The notes under the pieces: generated by a model
Seen by the model: only the letters and a program-made list of their open reading frames with translations
What the model was told of the DNA's origin: nothing
The model's database searches: none
Position numbers and translations under genes: made by a program
Shown here: piece by piece, positions 63,003-64,000 of the stretch
How positions within the stretch are numbered: position 1 is the stretch's first letter
How the letters are laid out: every line of letters starts with the position of its first letter
From: Candidatus Rariloculaceae bacterium
Lineage (GTDB): Bacteria > Pseudomonadota > Gammaproteobacteria > Steroidobacterales > Rariloculaceae
Length of the DNA stretch: 64,000 nt
Reading direction: 5' to 3'
NCBI GenBank assembly: GCA_965223375.1
Contig: OZ245000.1
Location: forward strand, 2,616,582-2,680,581

Positions 63003-63566
63003 ATGACCAAACTCGGTATTCTGCTACTGACTCCGCTGATTACAGGTACGGCCCTGGCGCAGTCGGGTGACGAGAGCGATACGGAATCGAGTCGCGGCTT
63101 GTGGACTTTGAAACTCAATCACAGCGTTCAGCGAGAGTTCGCTCTCCCAAATCCACTTGAGCAAGTCACTGTTCGTGGACAGGCTCCGCTATCTGTGCGC
63201 AGGCAGCGGATTGATGAAGCTGAGGTCGAGTTTTGGGATGCTTTTAACGATGCCAACAGTAGCAGCAAGTTTGATGTGACTTGCCGCATGGAGGCGCCCT
63301 TGGGCACCCGCATCCCGCATCAGGTATGCAGGCCTCAGTTTCTCGATGACGCGACTAGTCGCGCTGCGGGCGCGATGTTGCAGCTAGACAAGTCAGGTAG
63401 CGTCGGTTTGCAGCAGGTCGAATTCGGACAGGCCCACCACTTCAACAGAGTCATGCAGGAAGAAGTTCGCGGCGTCGCAACCTCTGACCCTGAGGTTCAA
63501 GAAAAGCTCGGCGCCTACATCGAGCGAGTGGAAAGTTACGACGAGGCCCGCGGCGATCGAGACTAA
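63003..63566 (+). CDS. hypothetical secreted protein in low-GC insert
   Basis: Signal peptide MTKLGILLLTPLITGTALAQS. 187 aa. GC is ~52% in sampled lines against ~65-70% elsewhere. No family recognised. Confidence 0.6.
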   Translation: MTKLGILLLTPLITGTALAQSGDESDTESSRGLWTLKLNHSVQREFALPNPLEQVTVRGQAPLSVRRQRIDEAEVEFWDAFNDANSSSKFDVTCRMEAPLGTRIPHQVCRPQFLDDATSRAAGAMLQLDKSGSVGLQQVEFGQAHHFNRVMQEEVRGVATSDPEVQEKLGAYIERVESYDEARGDRD

Positions 63567-63666
63567 ACGCGCTTAGCCAGAGGAACCGCTCGGAAGGGTG
63601 ATTCGAGCAAAGTCAGGGAGTTAAGTCGGAGCAGCGGAACGCTGCGGGATGCCTGGGAAGGGGAAA

Positions 63667-63987
63667 TGGTGGGCCCGGTAGGACTTGAACCTACGACCAA
63701 GGGATTCACTGTTTCCGACCGTTTCCAGCCGGAGCGGACTATCTCTTCACCCTCGACACGCTGGTCGGTCGGGTGCGGGACGCTCGAAGCCTGTTATCAA
63801 GAGCGCTGAAGCTCTCAGGTAGTCTCTGCACCTTCCGCCGGTGCACCGGCGGCTTGGCTCAGGGTTGCCGGCCCGCATCCGAACGCGGGGGGCGGTTCCC
63901 CTGAATTCATCCCGTCCACTCCGCGGATTACGCCGCGAAGGCACCTCTCGATGAGTCCCCTGCTCTAACCAACTGAGCTACAGGCCC
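63667..63987 (-). tRNA. tRNA-Ile(CAU) (ileX/tRNA-Ile2-like) interrupted by a group I intron
   Basis: Exon 1 (63987..63951, minus strand) is GGGCCTGTAGCTCAGTTGGTTAGAGCAGGGGACTCAT. Exon 2 (63706..63667) is AATCCCTTGGTCGTAGGTTCAAGTCCTACCGGGCCCACCA. Joined, they give a 77-nt cloverleaf: 7-bp acceptor stem with G1:C72, D stem GCTC/GAGC, anticodon stem GGGGA/TCCCT, loop CTCATAA, T arm GTAGG-TTCAAGT-CCTAC. The sequence is nearly collinear with E. coli tRNA-Ile2 as I recall it. Confidence 0.9.
63707..63950 (-). ncRNA. group I intron (IC3-like, Azoarcus tRNA-Ile type), 244 nt, no ORF
   Basis: It follows U36 of the anticodon and ends in G. GUG at intron nt 7-9 can pair with exon CAU, giving P1 with a U.G wobble. 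Other elements:
- P2: CUUCGCGG/CCGCGGAG with a CGUAAU loop
- P3: UUCAGG...CCUGA
- the GAGCCAAGC block
- P6: CCGCCGG-UGCA-CCGGCGG
- GAAGGUGCAGAGACUA (P7/J8-7) with GCACC (P7')
- P8: AGAGC-UUCAGC-GCUCU
- P9: CCGACC...GGUCGG with GAAA loops. Confidence 0.85.
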
Positions 63988-64000
63988 ATACCGCGAAGTC

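Overview
High-GC (roughly 65-70% by eye) proteobacterial chromosomal segment, densely coding. I support about 50 CDS. Gene content suggests an aerobic gammaproteobacterium of Xanthomonadales/Nevskiales type; this is inference only. All family calls come from motifs read in the ORF translations, since no searches could be run. Many long ORFs in the track are GC-driven antisense shadows and are not called.

Most of the window is housekeeping:
- gshA 3' end, qor and ilvA
- a GldA/F/G-like ABC operon with a DUF4340 gene
- an M16 peptidase, pip, pyrC-type dihydroorotase and a dienelactone hydrolase
- msrPQ, glnK-amtB, lhr and ddl
- a three-gene 2-oxoacid:ferredoxin oxidoreductase cluster (GltD/ferredoxin fusion plus KorA and KorB)
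- a TonB-dependent receptor coupled to a lipoprotein lipase
- an acyl-CoA dehydrogenase

Strongest non-routine observations:
1. A tRNA-Ile(CAU) gene at the right edge (63667-63987, minus strand) is interrupted after the anticodon by a 244-nt group I (IC3-like, Azoarcus-type) intron.
2. A 19/20-nt direct repeat of that tRNA's 3' end (62876-62894) brackets a ~0.77-kb low-GC mini-island. This lies next to two lower-GC tandem ADOP-type duplicated permeases.
3. Two families of REP/MITE-like inverted-repeat elements sit in convergent gene spacers. One abuts or overlaps stop codons and supplies the last ~14 codons and the stop of lhr.
4. A perfect (CGGACC)x11 microsatellite follows qor.
5. A near-consensus sigma-54 promoter faces a PAS-PAS sigma-54 activator gene and drives a small exported protein.
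6. A secreted protein resembles the collagen XV/XVIII endostatin domain.

I found no CRISPR array, transposase, integrase or recognisable defence system.
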